Virus record (IMG/VR): IMGVR_UViG_3300036773_000157
Location: 1-43,810 of that record
Strand: one strand, 5' to 3'
Source: a virus
Lineage: Duplodnaviria; Caudoviricetes
Length of the DNA: 43,810 nucleotides
The position numbers and the translations under genes were made by a program. Shown in pieces: positions 24,377-33,947 of this stretch. How positions within the stretch are numbered: position 1 is the stretch's first letter; each line of letters opens with the position of its first letter. Under the pieces are notes generated by a model that was not told where the DNA came from, searched no databases, and saw only the letters and a program-made list of their open reading frames with translations.

Positions 24377-26050
24377 TTGTGGTCGACAGCCTGCCCTGAC
24401 TGGGAGGACCGGCTGCTTTCCGGCCGCTCGCTGGTCCCGGACTTGCCGCTGTTTCCCGACGAACGGGATCGGGCGCTCAGGATCTTCAACCGCCTGCGGG
24501 TTCCGGACGTCGTCGGTCGCCCGGCCATGGCCGACGCCGGCGCCGAGTGGTTCCGCGAACTGGTCGCCGTGGTGTTCGGCTCGTTCGACGTCGAGACCGA
24601 GCGGAGGATGATCCAGGAGGTCTTCCTCCTAGTCCCCAAGAAGAACGGGAAAACCAGCTACAGCGCCGCGCTGATGCTGACGGCGCTGATCGTCAACCGG
24701 CGGCCCGAGGCGGAATACCTGCTGATCGCGCCGACGATGAAGATCGCCGACACCGCGTTCAAGCAGGCGAGGGGGACGATCCGGGCCGACCCCGAACTGG
24801 TGAAGACCTTCCACATCCAGGAGCACGCCCGGACGATCACCGATCGCCGCAACGGCGCGCTCCTCAAGATCATCGCCGCCGACACCGACGTGATCACCGG
24901 CCAGAAGGCGACCGGCATTCTGATCGACGAAATCCACGTGCTGGCGAAGAAGCCGAAGGCCGCGGAGGTCTATGTCGAGATCCGGGGATCGCTGGCCGCC
25001 CGGCCGGACGGCTTCCTGATCCAGATCACCACCCAGAGCAAGGAACCCCCGGTCGGGGTCTTCAAGGCCGAGCTGGCGATCGCGCGCGACATCCGTGACG
25101 GCCTGATCAAGTTGCCTCGGCTGCCCGTGCTCTTCGAGCTGCCGCAGCGTCTCAGCGAGGACGACGGCTGGAAGGACCAGGAGACCTGGCCGCTGGTCAA
25201 TCCGAACCTGGGCCGCTCGGTCGACGGGAGCTTCCTCAGCAACGCCCTGATCGCCGCCGAGCGGGAAGGCAAAGAGGCGCTGGCGCTGCTGGCCTCGCAG
25301 CACTTCAACGTCGAAGTGGGCCTGGCGCTTCGGAACGACCACTGGCCGGGCGCCCGCTACTGGCAGGCCGCGACTGACGAGACCTTGACCCTCGACGAAC
25401 TGCTCGCCCGCTGCGAAGTGATCGTGGCCGGCGTCGACGGCGGCGGGCTCGACGACCTCTACGGCTTCACGCTGATGGGGCGCTGCCGGGAGACCAAGCG
25501 CTGGCTGTCGTGGTCGCGCGCGTGGGTGCAGCCGGAAGTCCTCGACCTGCGGAAGGACATCGCCTCGATGCTCCGCGACCTGGAGAAGGCGGACGAGCTC
25601 AAGATCTGCGAGTTCACCACCCAGGACATCGAAGAGATCGTCGAGATCATCGGCCTGGTGCAGGCCGCCGGGCTGTTGCCGGAGAAGGGCGCGATCGGGC
25701 TGGACGCCCAGGGCGTCTCGGCCCTGGTGGATGGCCTCCTCGACCTCGGCCTCGCGCCCGAGCAGCTCGCCGCCGTGCCGCAGGGCTACAAGCTGATGGC
25801 CGCGATCAAGGGCGCGGAACGGAAACTGAAGGATCGGACCATCGTCCCGTCGGCGCAGGCGCTGATGACCTGGTGCGTCGGCAACGCCCGGGTCGAGCCC
25901 CGCGGCAACGCCATCCTGATCACCAAGCAGGTGGCGGGCCTGGCCAAGATCGACCCGCTGATGGCGTTCTTCAACGCCTTCGAGCTGATGAGCCGTCACC
26001 CGGAGGCCGCGCAAATGCAGCTCACAGCCGAATCGATCCTGGTCGTCTGA
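24377..26050 (+). CDS. terL: Terminase large subunit
   Basis: PKKNGKT Walker A, ILIDEIH Walker B, ITTQ, GVDGGGLDDL and KIDPLMA nuclease motifs. Confidence 0.95.
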   Translation: MWSTACPDWEDRLLSGRSLVPDLPLFPDERDRALRIFNRLRVPDVVGRPAMADAGAEWFRELVAVVFGSFDVETERRMIQEVFLLVPKKNGKTSYSAALMLTALIVNRRPEAEYLLIAPTMKIADTAFKQARGTIRADPELVKTFHIQEHARTITDRRNGALLKIIAADTDVITGQKATGILIDEIHVLAKKPKAAEVYVEIRGSLAARPDGFLIQITTQSKEPPVGVFKAELAIARDIRDGLIKLPRLPVLFELPQRLSEDDGWKDQETWPLVNPNLGRSVDGSFLSNALIAAEREGKEALALLASQHFNVEVGLALRNDHWPGARYWQAATDETLTLDELLARCEVIVAGVDGGGLDDLYGFTLMGRCRETKRWLSWSRAWVQPEVLDLRKDIASMLRDLEKADELKICEFTTQDIEEIVEIIGLVQAAGLLPEKGAIGLDAQGVSALVDGLLDLGLAPEQLAAVPQGYKLMAAIKGAERKLKDRTIVPSAQALMTWCVGNARVEPRGNAILITKQVAGLAKIDPLMAFFNAFELMSRHPEAAQMQLTAESILVV

Positions 26051-26051
26051 C

Positions 26052-27416
26052 GTGAACTTCATCCAACGTGGTTTCCGCTGGGCGGCTGAGGCCGCCGGTG
26101 CGATCCCGAGCGACCCGATGGACCCCCGCTTCTGGGGAGGCAACTCGTCCGGCGTCACCAATGCCGGCGAGTGGGTGGGCCCCGACCAGGCGTTCCAGCT
26201 CGACGTCGTCCAGTCCGTACTGGGGCGGCTGTCCGGGACCGTCTCAACGTTGCCGCTCATGGTGTTCGAGCGCATCGCGATCGCGGCCCCGGCGGCCGAT
26301 GACGACGCCGACGACGGCGTCGAGGAGGACGATGATCCGGATGGCCGCCGCCCGGCGCGGGAACATCCGTTGTTCCGCCTGCTCCACAAGCAACCGAACC
26401 CGCGGCAGACCTCGCAGGAGTTCCGCGCCGAGCTGGTGATCCACCTGGCCTTCTGGCGCAACGCCTACTCGCGAATCGTGTCGGATCTCGACGGCGCGGT
26501 TGGCTCGCTGGAGCCGATCCACCCCAGCCGTATGGTGGACATCAAGGAGCGCGACGGCCGCGTCTTCTACAAGTTCACAGTCCCGGGCTCCGCCGAGTAC
26601 CTGACGCTGCGGGACGACCAGATCTGGCACATCCGCATGGCTCCGCTGACGACGGATGGTCTGCGGGGCCAGTACATGTGGGAAACCAGCCGCGAGACGT
26701 TCGGCCGGGCCCTCGCCGTCGAGAAGTTCGGATCGCTGTACTTCCGCAACGGCGGCGGGGGCGGCGGCATCCTTGAGCATCCCGGCACCTTCAAATCGAA
26801 GGAAGATCAACAGAACTTCCTTGAAGCTTGGCGCTCGGGCGGATCCGGACTCAACCGTCACTCCGATCGCCTGTTGCTGCAGGGCGTGAAATATACCCGC
26901 CAGACGGTCAATAATGACGAGGCGCAGTTTCTAGAGACCCTGAAAGAGGTCTCCGTGAAGCTCTGTCGGTTGTGGAACATGCCGCCGCACATGGTCGGCA
27001 TCCTCGATCGAGCGACGTTCTCGAACATCGAGCAGCAGTCCACCGAATACGTCGTCTACACGCTCGCGCCCTACCTGGAAGCCATCGAGCAGTCGGCGGA
27101 GCGGGACCTGCTGATCGGTCCTGATCAGGACCGCTACTTCGTCGAGCACAACGTCGACGGACTGCTGCGCGGCGACTGGAAGACACGGTGGGCCGGCTAC
27201 GCGCAAGGCCGCCAGTGGGGCTGGCTCAGCGTCAACGACATCCGCCGGCTGGAAAACATGCCGCCGATCGACGGCGGGGATTCGTATCTCGTTCCGACCA
27301 ACATGGTTCCGGCCGACCAGATCCCGCCGCCGGCAGACGACGCACCGGCCGACCCTACGCCGCCACCTGCTCCGCCGGCGGCGGCTCCGAAACCCAAGCC
27401 ACCATCCAGGAAGTAG
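26052..27416 (+). CDS. HK97-family portal protein
   Basis: PNPRQTSQEF, NAYSRI, EAQFLET, PPHMVG..DRATFSNIEQQ, LLRGD, NDIRRLENMPPIDGGD. Confidence 0.95.
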   Translation: MNFIQRGFRWAAEAAGAIPSDPMDPRFWGGNSSGVTNAGEWVGPDQAFQLDVVQSVLGRLSGTVSTLPLMVFERIAIAAPAADDDADDGVEEDDDPDGRRPAREHPLFRLLHKQPNPRQTSQEFRAELVIHLAFWRNAYSRIVSDLDGAVGSLEPIHPSRMVDIKERDGRVFYKFTVPGSAEYLTLRDDQIWHIRMAPLTTDGLRGQYMWETSRETFGRALAVEKFGSLYFRNGGGGGGILEHPGTFKSKEDQQNFLEAWRSGGSGLNRHSDRLLLQGVKYTRQTVNNDEAQFLETLKEVSVKLCRLWNMPPHMVGILDRATFSNIEQQSTEYVVYTLAPYLEAIEQSAERDLLIGPDQDRYFVEHNVDGLLRGDWKTRWAGYAQGRQWGWLSVNDIRRLENMPPIDGGDSYLVPTNMVPADQIPPPADDAPADPTPPPAPPAAAPKPKPPSRK

Positions 27417-27424
27417 GGTTGACC

Positions 27425-28252
27425 ATGCCCGATCTCTCGACCCTGCTTTCGACGGCGGCGGCCCAGCTCCTGCTGGGGCTGTATGCGTCGGGCGAACGGC
27501 TGTTCGCCATCGATGAAGACCGGCTGGGGCACCTGGCCAAGGCTGAAGCCCAGGCCCGCGGGCCGTCGCATATCGCCATCCTGCCGCTGCATGGCGCCCT
27601 CGCCGCACGCGGTAGCGGGTCTATGGAGACCTTCCGCAACCGACTGAGCGCGGCCGCGGCGAACCCCGAGATTGGAGCGATCGTAATTGACGGCGACAGC
27701 CCCGGCGGCACCGTAGCCGGAACCGCCGAGACCGGCGCCGCCGTGAAGGCCGCCGCGCAGGTCAAGCCGGTCGTGGCGCTGGCCGACACGCTGGTGGCCT
27801 CCGCCGCGTACTGGATCTGCAGTCAGGCCTCACAGATCTGGATGACGCCCTCGGCCGAAGTCGGCTCCATCGGTGTGATCGGCGTGCACTTCGACGTCTC
27901 GTCGCTGCTGGAGACCAACGGCATCAAGCCGACCCTGATCAAGGCTGGCAAGTTCAAGGCCGAGCTGACCCCGTTCGAGCCGCTGACGCCGGAGGCGCGC
28001 GACAACGTCCAGGCGCAGGCCGACGCCAGCCACGCCGATTTCATCCGCGCCGTCGCCGAGGGCCGGAAGACCAGCATCGCCAACGTGGCGGACAATTACG
28101 GGCAGGGCCGGGTTCTGGGCGCCAACCGTGCTCTGGACCTGGGAATGGTCGACCGGATCGGCTCCATGGCCGACGTGCTCGCCAGCCTGCGCACCTCGAC
28201 CGGGACCGTCCGCAGGCGGATGGCCCGCCGGACGTCGCTCGCCTTCGCCTGA
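27425..28252 (+). CDS. S49-family prohead protease
   Basis: DSPGGTV, ASAAYWICSQA, VGSIGV, AGKFKAE, GMVDRIG. Confidence 0.92.
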   Translation: MPDLSTLLSTAAAQLLLGLYASGERLFAIDEDRLGHLAKAEAQARGPSHIAILPLHGALAARGSGSMETFRNRLSAAAANPEIGAIVIDGDSPGGTVAGTAETGAAVKAAAQVKPVVALADTLVASAAYWICSQASQIWMTPSAEVGSIGVIGVHFDVSSLLETNGIKPTLIKAGKFKAELTPFEPLTPEARDNVQAQADASHADFIRAVAEGRKTSIANVADNYGQGRVLGANRALDLGMVDRIGSMADVLASLRTSTGTVRRRMARRTSLAFA

Positions 28253-28366
28253 CACCCGCCTGGGCCTCTGGGCCCGGACCTTCACCGCTTACCACCATCT
28301 CCGCCTGTGCTCCGCCGGGGCCACAGGAGACGGAGCTCCTTTGCCTCGGCTTTACGGAGATCTTCG

Positions 28367-29683
28367 ATGCCGAAGAATCTAAAGGAACTCCGCCAAGCCC
28401 GCGCGGACAAAGCCAAGCGCGGCGTGGCGGCCACTACCGAGTTCAACACGCTGAACGCGAAGGACGACCGCACCACCGAAGAGGAAGCCAAGATCGGCGC
28501 GCTTGGCGGCGAACTGGACACCCTCGAAGCCGAGGTTATTCAACTCGACAAGGACATCGTGGCCGAGGAAGCTTCGGCCCGCCGCAGCGGCCTGTTCTCG
28601 TCCGCCGCCCCGGCCGCTACGCTCATCCCGGCAAGCTCCACCGCGCGCACCGAAGAAGCCGACCCCGCCTTGACCGGCGGCTTCAAGAGCATGGCTGACT
28701 TCGCCGGCGCCGTCGTTCAGACCACGCTCGGCCATCACGACGTTCGTCTCGGCGCCACCACCTCGACCTACAATCAGAATGCTGGGGCGTCGGGTGAAGG
28801 CTACCTGGTCCCGCCGGAGTTCTCCAAGCAGGTCTGGGACATCGCCTTCGAAGACACCGACCTTCTGGGCATGGTTGCGCCTGAGCCGACGATGTCCAAC
28901 GCCGTGTTCAAGCCGAAGGATGAAACCACACCCTGGGGCGCGGTGGGCGTCCAGGCCGTCTGGCGCTCGGAAGGCGCGCAGATGACCGCCACCAAGGTCA
29001 ACGTCACCGGCGAGATGATGACCCTGCACGAGCTCTACGCCTTCTGCGCGGCCTCGTCCGAGGTGCTCGCCGATGGCCCGATGCTGCAGGATCGTCTGAC
29101 CCGGCAAGCCGGCAACGCGATCAAGTGGCAGGCCTCGGACGCGATCATGTGGGGCAACGGCGTCGGCAAGCCCACGGGCTTCATGACGGCCCCATGCCTG
29201 ATCACGCAGACCAAGGAGTCCGGCCAGGCGGCCGCCACCGTCGTGCTGGCCAACCTCTCCAAGATGGCGTCACGTGTCCTGCGCACCGGCGGCAGCCCGA
29301 TCTGGATCATCAACGCCGACGTGATGCCGCAGCTCGTCGGCCTCACCTTGGGCAACGTTCCGGCTTATCTGCCGAACAATCAGCCCATCGTCGGCAGTCC
29401 CTGGGGCGGCTATCTGCTGGGCTACCCGGTGCTGTGGACCGAGCACGCCCAGACCCTGGGCACGGTCGGCGATATCGTCTGCGCCAACATGTCCGGCTAC
29501 TACGCTGCGACGAAAGGCGGCGGGGTCGATTTCGCCACGTCGATCCACCTCTACTTCGACCAGAACCTGACGGCCTTCCGGTGGACCTTCCGCGTGGCTG
29601 GCCAGCCGTACCTGTCGGCGGCGGTCTCGCCCGCCCACGGCTCGACCACCAAGTCCCACTTCGTCGCCCTGCAAGCCCGCTAA
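28367..29683 (+). CDS. Major capsid protein (HK97 fold, N-terminal scaffold domain)
   Basis: Coiled-coil N-terminus, GYLVPPEF, WGNGVGKPTG, LLGYPV, FDQNLTAFR. Confidence 0.92.
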   Translation: MPKNLKELRQARADKAKRGVAATTEFNTLNAKDDRTTEEEAKIGALGGELDTLEAEVIQLDKDIVAEEASARRSGLFSSAAPAATLIPASSTARTEEADPALTGGFKSMADFAGAVVQTTLGHHDVRLGATTSTYNQNAGASGEGYLVPPEFSKQVWDIAFEDTDLLGMVAPEPTMSNAVFKPKDETTPWGAVGVQAVWRSEGAQMTATKVNVTGEMMTLHELYAFCAASSEVLADGPMLQDRLTRQAGNAIKWQASDAIMWGNGVGKPTGFMTAPCLITQTKESGQAAATVVLANLSKMASRVLRTGGSPIWIINADVMPQLVGLTLGNVPAYLPNNQPIVGSPWGGYLLGYPVLWTEHAQTLGTVGDIVCANMSGYYAATKGGGVDFATSIHLYFDQNLTAFRWTFRVAGQPYLSAAVSPAHGSTTKSHFVALQAR

Positions 29684-29744
29684 GCGCCCGGCGGCCCCCA
29701 GCGGGCCGCCGGCCCTCGCCCCCTATTCGAAAGGAACTCCGGTC

Positions 29745-30194
29745 ATGTACCCGAGCCTCAAGCCTTCTCAACGGGCGGCGATCGTCGCCGTCATCAGCCC
29801 GCAATCGGCGTCGTCCGTCCAGTCGTCCGGCTGGGTCGACGCGTCGAAGTTCCAACACCTCTTGGCGACGATCGTCGTCGGCGCCCTTGGCGCCTCGGCC
29901 ACCGTGGACGCCAAGCTGCAGCAAGCCACCGACTCTTCGGGGACCGCCGCCAAGGATATCACCGGCAAATCGATCACTCAGCTGCTGAAGTCCACGCCCG
30001 ATGACAACAAGCAGGCGGTGATCAACCTGCGGCAGGAAGAACTCGATATCGCCAACAACTTCAATTACGTGAAGTTGATGATCACCCCGGCGGTGGCGGC
30101 CAGTCTGATCTACGGCCAGCTCGAGGGCTTCGATCCCCGCTATGGCCCTGCGGACGGCTACGCTGCGACCACGGTCGCCCAAGTCGTCGCCTGA
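29745..30194 (+). CDS. Capsid-associated (decoration-like) protein
   Basis: SD AAGGA; follows the MCP; small beta-rich protein. Confidence 0.65.
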   Translation: MYPSLKPSQRAAIVAVISPQSASSVQSSGWVDASKFQHLLATIVVGALGASATVDAKLQQATDSSGTAAKDITGKSITQLLKSTPDDNKQAVINLRQEELDIANNFNYVKLMITPAVAASLIYGQLEGFDPRYGPADGYAATTVAQVVA

Positions 30195-30201
30195 CCCTGG
30201 A

Positions 30202-30225
30202 GGCGCGGTCCTTCGGGGCCGCGCC
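30202..30225 (+). terminator. Hairpin with UUCG loop after the head genes
   Basis: GGCGCGGTCC-TTCG-GGGCCGCGCC; weak U tract. Confidence 0.45.
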
Positions 30226-30249
30226 GCATCTTCAGCAGCGAGCGAAATC

Positions 30250-30480
30250 ATGCCCATCCTGAACCTGGCGTCGCGGTTCCTGTACGACGTGGGCGGCGAT
30301 TGCCGCCTGTTCGCGGCGGGATCGCAGAACCTGCCGGAACCCTACGCGTCGGCGGCCATTGCGGCCGGCTTGGCGGCGCCGGCTGCGGCGCCCGCCGAGG
30401 AACCCGCGCCGGCTCCCGCTCCGAAGCCCGCGCCGAAGGTGGCCGAGTCCCCGGAACCGCCCGCTGCGGCTGACGCCTGA
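30250..30480 (+). CDS. Small Pro/Ala-rich protein
   Basis: Fills the gap before the connector gene, a usual position for such genes. Confidence 0.55.
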   Translation: MPILNLASRFLYDVGGDCRLFAAGSQNLPEPYASAAIAAGLAAPAAAPAEEPAPAPAPKPAPKVAESPEPPAAADA

Positions 30481-30488
30481 GCTGCCGC

Positions 30489-31073
30489 ATGTCGGTTCGC
30501 GTCATCACGCCGCCCACGGAGACAGTGACCGCGGTCGACGAAGCGAAACTGCATCTGCGGATCGACGCGTCAGACGAAGATGATCTCGTCGACGCGCTAA
30601 CCTGGGCGGCCCAAGGCCAGATCGAGGCGACGACGCAGCGGCGCTACTGCGCGCAAGTCTTGGAGTGGGTGCGGGACTGCTGGGGTGACCAGATGGTTCT
30701 GCCGGTGGCGCCGGGGACTGACTGCAGCAAGATCACGGTCGTGAGCGTCAAGTATGTCGATACCACCGGGGCGCTGCAGACGCTGGATCCCAACCTCTAT
30801 TGGGTTCGCCCGCACGGTCCGACGCTGGCTGTTGTCCGGCGCTGGTTTACGATCTGGCCCTGGCTCGGCGACGGCGCGGAGCGGGTGGTCATCCGCTTTT
30901 CGATCGCCAGCACCGCAGGCGACGCCCCGTTCACCGTCAAGGCCGCCGCCAAGCTGCTGATCGGCCACTTCTATGCTCACCGCGAAGCCGTCGTCGGCGT
31001 CGACAACCGCGACTCCTCCGCCCCCCTCCCCATCGGTGTCGAGCAGTTGCTCAATGCCGAACGCTGGGACTGA
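30489..31073 (+). CDS. Head-tail connector (gp6-like)
   Basis: EAKLHLRID..DEDDLV, AAKLLIGHFYAHREAV, LPIGVEQLL. Confidence 0.9.
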   Translation: MSVRVITPPTETVTAVDEAKLHLRIDASDEDDLVDALTWAAQGQIEATTQRRYCAQVLEWVRDCWGDQMVLPVAPGTDCSKITVVSVKYVDTTGALQTLDPNLYWVRPHGPTLAVVRRWFTIWPWLGDGAERVVIRFSIASTAGDAPFTVKAAAKLLIGHFYAHREAVVGVDNRDSSAPLPIGVEQLLNAERWD

Positions 31074-31079
31074 CCCGCC

Positions 31080-31454
31080 ATGTCCGACCACCACCCTGAC
31101 GCCCCGGTCCGCGAGGTCCTGGCGGCGCAAGCCCTCGCCATCGACCGCCTCACCCAAACCCTCAGAAGGATCTCCGACGCCATGACCGTTCAGTCCGAAG
31201 CCGCTCTCGCCGCTGTTGGCGCCCTGGTGGCGGCCGCCCATACCGCAGCCGGCGAAATCACCCAGTTGAAGGCCGACAAGGCCGCGCTGCTCACCGAGAA
31301 CGAGGGCCTGAGGGCCGCGGCCGAAGATCCGGCGGCGATGAAGACCATCATCGACAGCGCCAAGGCGGCCACCGTGGAGCTGACCGGCGAAGCGCCGGCG
31401 CTCCAGGGCCAGTCGGGCGAAGACCCGCAGCCCGAGCTGCAGCCCGAGGGCTGA
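31080..31454 (+). CDS. Hypothetical coiled-coil protein
   Basis: Co-oriented with high GC3. Confidence 0.55.
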   Translation: MSDHHPDAPVREVLAAQALAIDRLTQTLRRISDAMTVQSEAALAAVGALVAAAHTAAGEITQLKADKAALLTENEGLRAAAEDPAAMKTIIDSAKAATVELTGEAPALQGQSGEDPQPELQPEG

Positions 31455-31532
31455 GCCCCGCCGCCATCCATCCTGAAGGCAAGGCGAACGCCGTTCGCCT
31501 TGCACCCCCTCATCAAATTCTAGGAGACCATC

Positions 31533-31946
31533 ATGGCCGACATCGTGGTAACCGCTGCCAGCGTCCTACCGGGCGCAGGCGCCGTCATCGCTCAGGGCAC
31601 CGCCGGGGAAACCATCACCGCCGGCCAGGCCGTGGCGCTGAACAGCGCGACCGGGCTCTACATGAAAGCCGACGCCGACAACGCGACCGCGGCGTTGCGC
31701 GTCGCGGCCGGCATCGCACTGTGCGGCGCCTCCAACGGCCAGCCGATCTCGGTGCAGACTGCGGGCAAGGTGACGCTGAACGCCGCGCTGACGGCCTCCG
31801 AGCCGTTTTTCCTGAGCGCGACGGCTGGCGGCATCTGTCCGAAGGCCGATATCGCCACCGGCATGTACACCCAGCTGATCGGCATGGCGGACTCCACCAC
31901 GGTGCTGAACCTCGGCTTCTGCTCCAGCGCCGCGGCGCACGCCTAA
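31533..31946 (+). CDS. Virion structural protein (cement/decoration-like)
   Basis: SD AGGAG; AGETITAGQAV....KADAD, FLSATAGGI. Confidence 0.7.
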   Translation: MADIVVTAASVLPGAGAVIAQGTAGETITAGQAVALNSATGLYMKADADNATAALRVAAGIALCGASNGQPISVQTAGKVTLNAALTASEPFFLSATAGGICPKADIATGMYTQLIGMADSTTVLNLGFCSSAAAHA

Positions 31947-31949
31947 GCC

Positions 31950-32291
31950 ATGCAGGCCGGCGACCTGGCCTGGCGGCTGCAGATCCTCCGCAAAGCCGTC
32001 ACCCAGAACGCCCTCAACGAAGACGTCGAGACCTGGCCGGTGCTGGCCACGGTCTGGGCGTCCAAGGCGGACGTCAGCGATGGCGAGCGGGTGCGGGCCG
32101 AGGCGGTCTGGGCCAGCATCACCACCAGGTTCGTGATCCGGCGCTCGACGCTGACGGAATCGATCACGCCGCTGGACCGCGTCCAGTGCGATGGCCGGCC
32201 CTACAACGTGGTCGGCAAGAAGGACGTCGGCCCACGGCGCGAAGCCTTCGAACTGACCGCGGTGGCGCGGGCGGAGATCCCCAGTGGCTGA
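31950..32291 (+). CDS. Head-closure/head-tail adaptor
   Basis: MQAGDL..RLQI, TVWA....SDGER, TTRFVIR. Confidence 0.88.
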   Translation: MQAGDLAWRLQILRKAVTQNALNEDVETWPVLATVWASKADVSDGERVRAEAVWASITTRFVIRRSTLTESITPLDRVQCDGRPYNVVGKKDVGPRREAFELTAVARAEIPSG

Positions 32292-32736
32292 GCTCTTCAA
32301 GGTCGAGGGGCTGAAGGAGCTCGATGACGCCCTGTCTCTCCTTCCGGAGGCGACGGCGAAGAACATCCTGCGCCGGGTCGGCCGCCAGGCGCTGGAGCCG
32401 GTGGACGAAGCCTGGCGGGCCAACGCGCCGTACCTGACCGGCGCCCTCGCCGACAGCGGCGCGATCGGCTCGAAGCTCTCCCGCCGGCAACGCGCACTGC
32501 ACCAGTCGGAGTCGACGGTCGAGGTGTTCGCCGGCCCGGGTCCGAACCCGCAGGCGATCCAGGACGAGTTCGGCAACCAGCACCAGCACGCCCAGCCGTT
32601 CCTCACCCCGGCCTGGGAGGGCAACAAGGCCAAGGTGCTGGACATCGTGAAGCAGCTGCTGCGGGTCGAGATCGACAAGGCCGCGGCCCGCGCGGCGCGC
32701 AAGGCGGCGCGGCTGATCGCGAAGAACGGAGGGTGA
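32284..32736 (+). CDS. HK97 gp10-like tail component
   Basis: VEGLKELDDAL, APYLTGALADS, EFGN..QHAQPFLTPAW. Confidence 0.88.
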   Translation: MAELFKVEGLKELDDALSLLPEATAKNILRRVGRQALEPVDEAWRANAPYLTGALADSGAIGSKLSRRQRALHQSESTVEVFAGPGPNPQAIQDEFGNQHQHAQPFLTPAWEGNKAKVLDIVKQLLRVEIDKAAARAARKAARLIAKNGG

Positions 32737-32739
32737 GCG

Positions 32740-33006
32740 ATGACGCAGATAACCGTGACCTTCTCTCTGGAAACCGAGCTCATGGCGGACGTGCTCGACG
32801 CCCTTCAAAGGGCGGCGCATGCCATCGTCCGTCGCCACGGCGCGGCGTTTCGCAGGCTGGATCGGAAGATCAGCGCGATCGTAGAGGGCGTCTCGCCGAT
32901 CGACGCTCCAACGCTGCAATACCTGGGCGATGGCCGGTTCGTGCTGATCCCGCCCCGGCAGCTCATGGATATCGTCAATGAGGCGCACAGCCTCGGCGTG
33001 ATCTGA
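32740..33006 (+). CDS. Hypothetical protein within the tail operon
   Basis: SD GGAGG; fills the gap exactly. Confidence 0.55.
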   Translation: MTQITVTFSLETELMADVLDALQRAAHAIVRRHGAAFRRLDRKISAIVEGVSPIDAPTLQYLGDGRFVLIPPRQLMDIVNEAHSLGVI

Positions 33007-33007
33007 C

Positions 33008-33418
33008 GTGGAAGAGCTGCTGGTCGCCTACCTCCTGGCCAACGCCGGGCTCGCGGCGCTGGCCGGGACCCAGATTAAGTGGGCGGTGCTGCCGCAGGGC
33101 GGGACCCTGCCGGCGGTGGCGATGATCGAGGCCGGGGCCAGGCGGACCCGCTCGCTCGACGGCCGCGACAAGCTCACCGGCTACCGCATCCGGTTCAGTT
33201 GCTGGGGCGAGACTTTCGCCTCCGCGGTGGCCACGAAGCGGGCGCTGATCGTGGCGCTGGACGGGCTGCGCGCCGCGCCGTTCCGCGGCGTCGATCTGCA
33301 GGGCGACATGCCGAGCCTGGTGGACGCCGCCACGGATGGTCCAGCCGCCAGCAACGGCTCCGACATCTTCCACCGCGCCGGCTTCGACGCGCTGATCTGG
33401 TTCGAAGACCAGTTCTGA
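33008..33418 (+). CDS. Tail terminator/completion protein (DUF3168-like)
   Basis: MEELLVAYLLA..GLAAL.G..I.W...PQG..LPA; precedes the tube gene. Confidence 0.8.
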   Translation: MEELLVAYLLANAGLAALAGTQIKWAVLPQGGTLPAVAMIEAGARRTRSLDGRDKLTGYRIRFSCWGETFASAVATKRALIVALDGLRAAPFRGVDLQGDMPSLVDAATDGPAASNGSDIFHRAGFDALIWFEDQF

Positions 33419-33529
33419 ATCCCTGAATTTCCCGCCGGCCCAGGCCTGGCGAGGCGCCCCAACCCGCCCTTCGGCAAGGCGAAAGGCCCGTCGCGATGAC
33501 GCGCCCATCCTTCAAATGGAGCCTCCACC

Positions 33530-33946
33530 ATGACGACGGCCATCATCGGCTATGGGTCTACGTTCTCGGTCGAGACGGCCCCCGGCTCCGGCAGCTACAC
33601 CGCGCTTGGCGAAGTGACGGACATCACGCCGCCGAACAACCAGATCGACCAGATCGAAGCGACGCACATGGCCTCGCCGGGCCGGGTGAAGGAGTTCATT
33701 CCGGGTCTGACCGACCTTGGCGACATGACCGTGGCGATGAACTACGTGCCGTCCAACGCGACGGACACCTTCCTGCTGGCGTGGCGCGCGGACGGCACCA
33801 CCCGCGCCTGCAAGATCACCTACCCCAACGCCCACACCGACGTGTTCCAGGGCTTCCTGAAGGGCTACGCGCCGACCCTACAGACCGCGGCCAAGGCCTC
33901 GGCCACGCTGACGGTCCGCGTCGCTGGCGCCGTGACCCGCGTCTAG
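33530..33946 (+). CDS. Tail tube protein
   Basis: IGYGS, EVTDITPP...DQIEATHMASPGRVKEFIPGL.D.G. Confidence 0.9.
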   Translation: MTTAIIGYGSTFSVETAPGSGSYTALGEVTDITPPNNQIDQIEATHMASPGRVKEFIPGLTDLGDMTVAMNYVPSNATDTFLLAWRADGTTRACKITYPNAHTDVFQGFLKGYAPTLQTAAKASATLTVRVAGAVTRV

Positions 33947-33947
33947 C

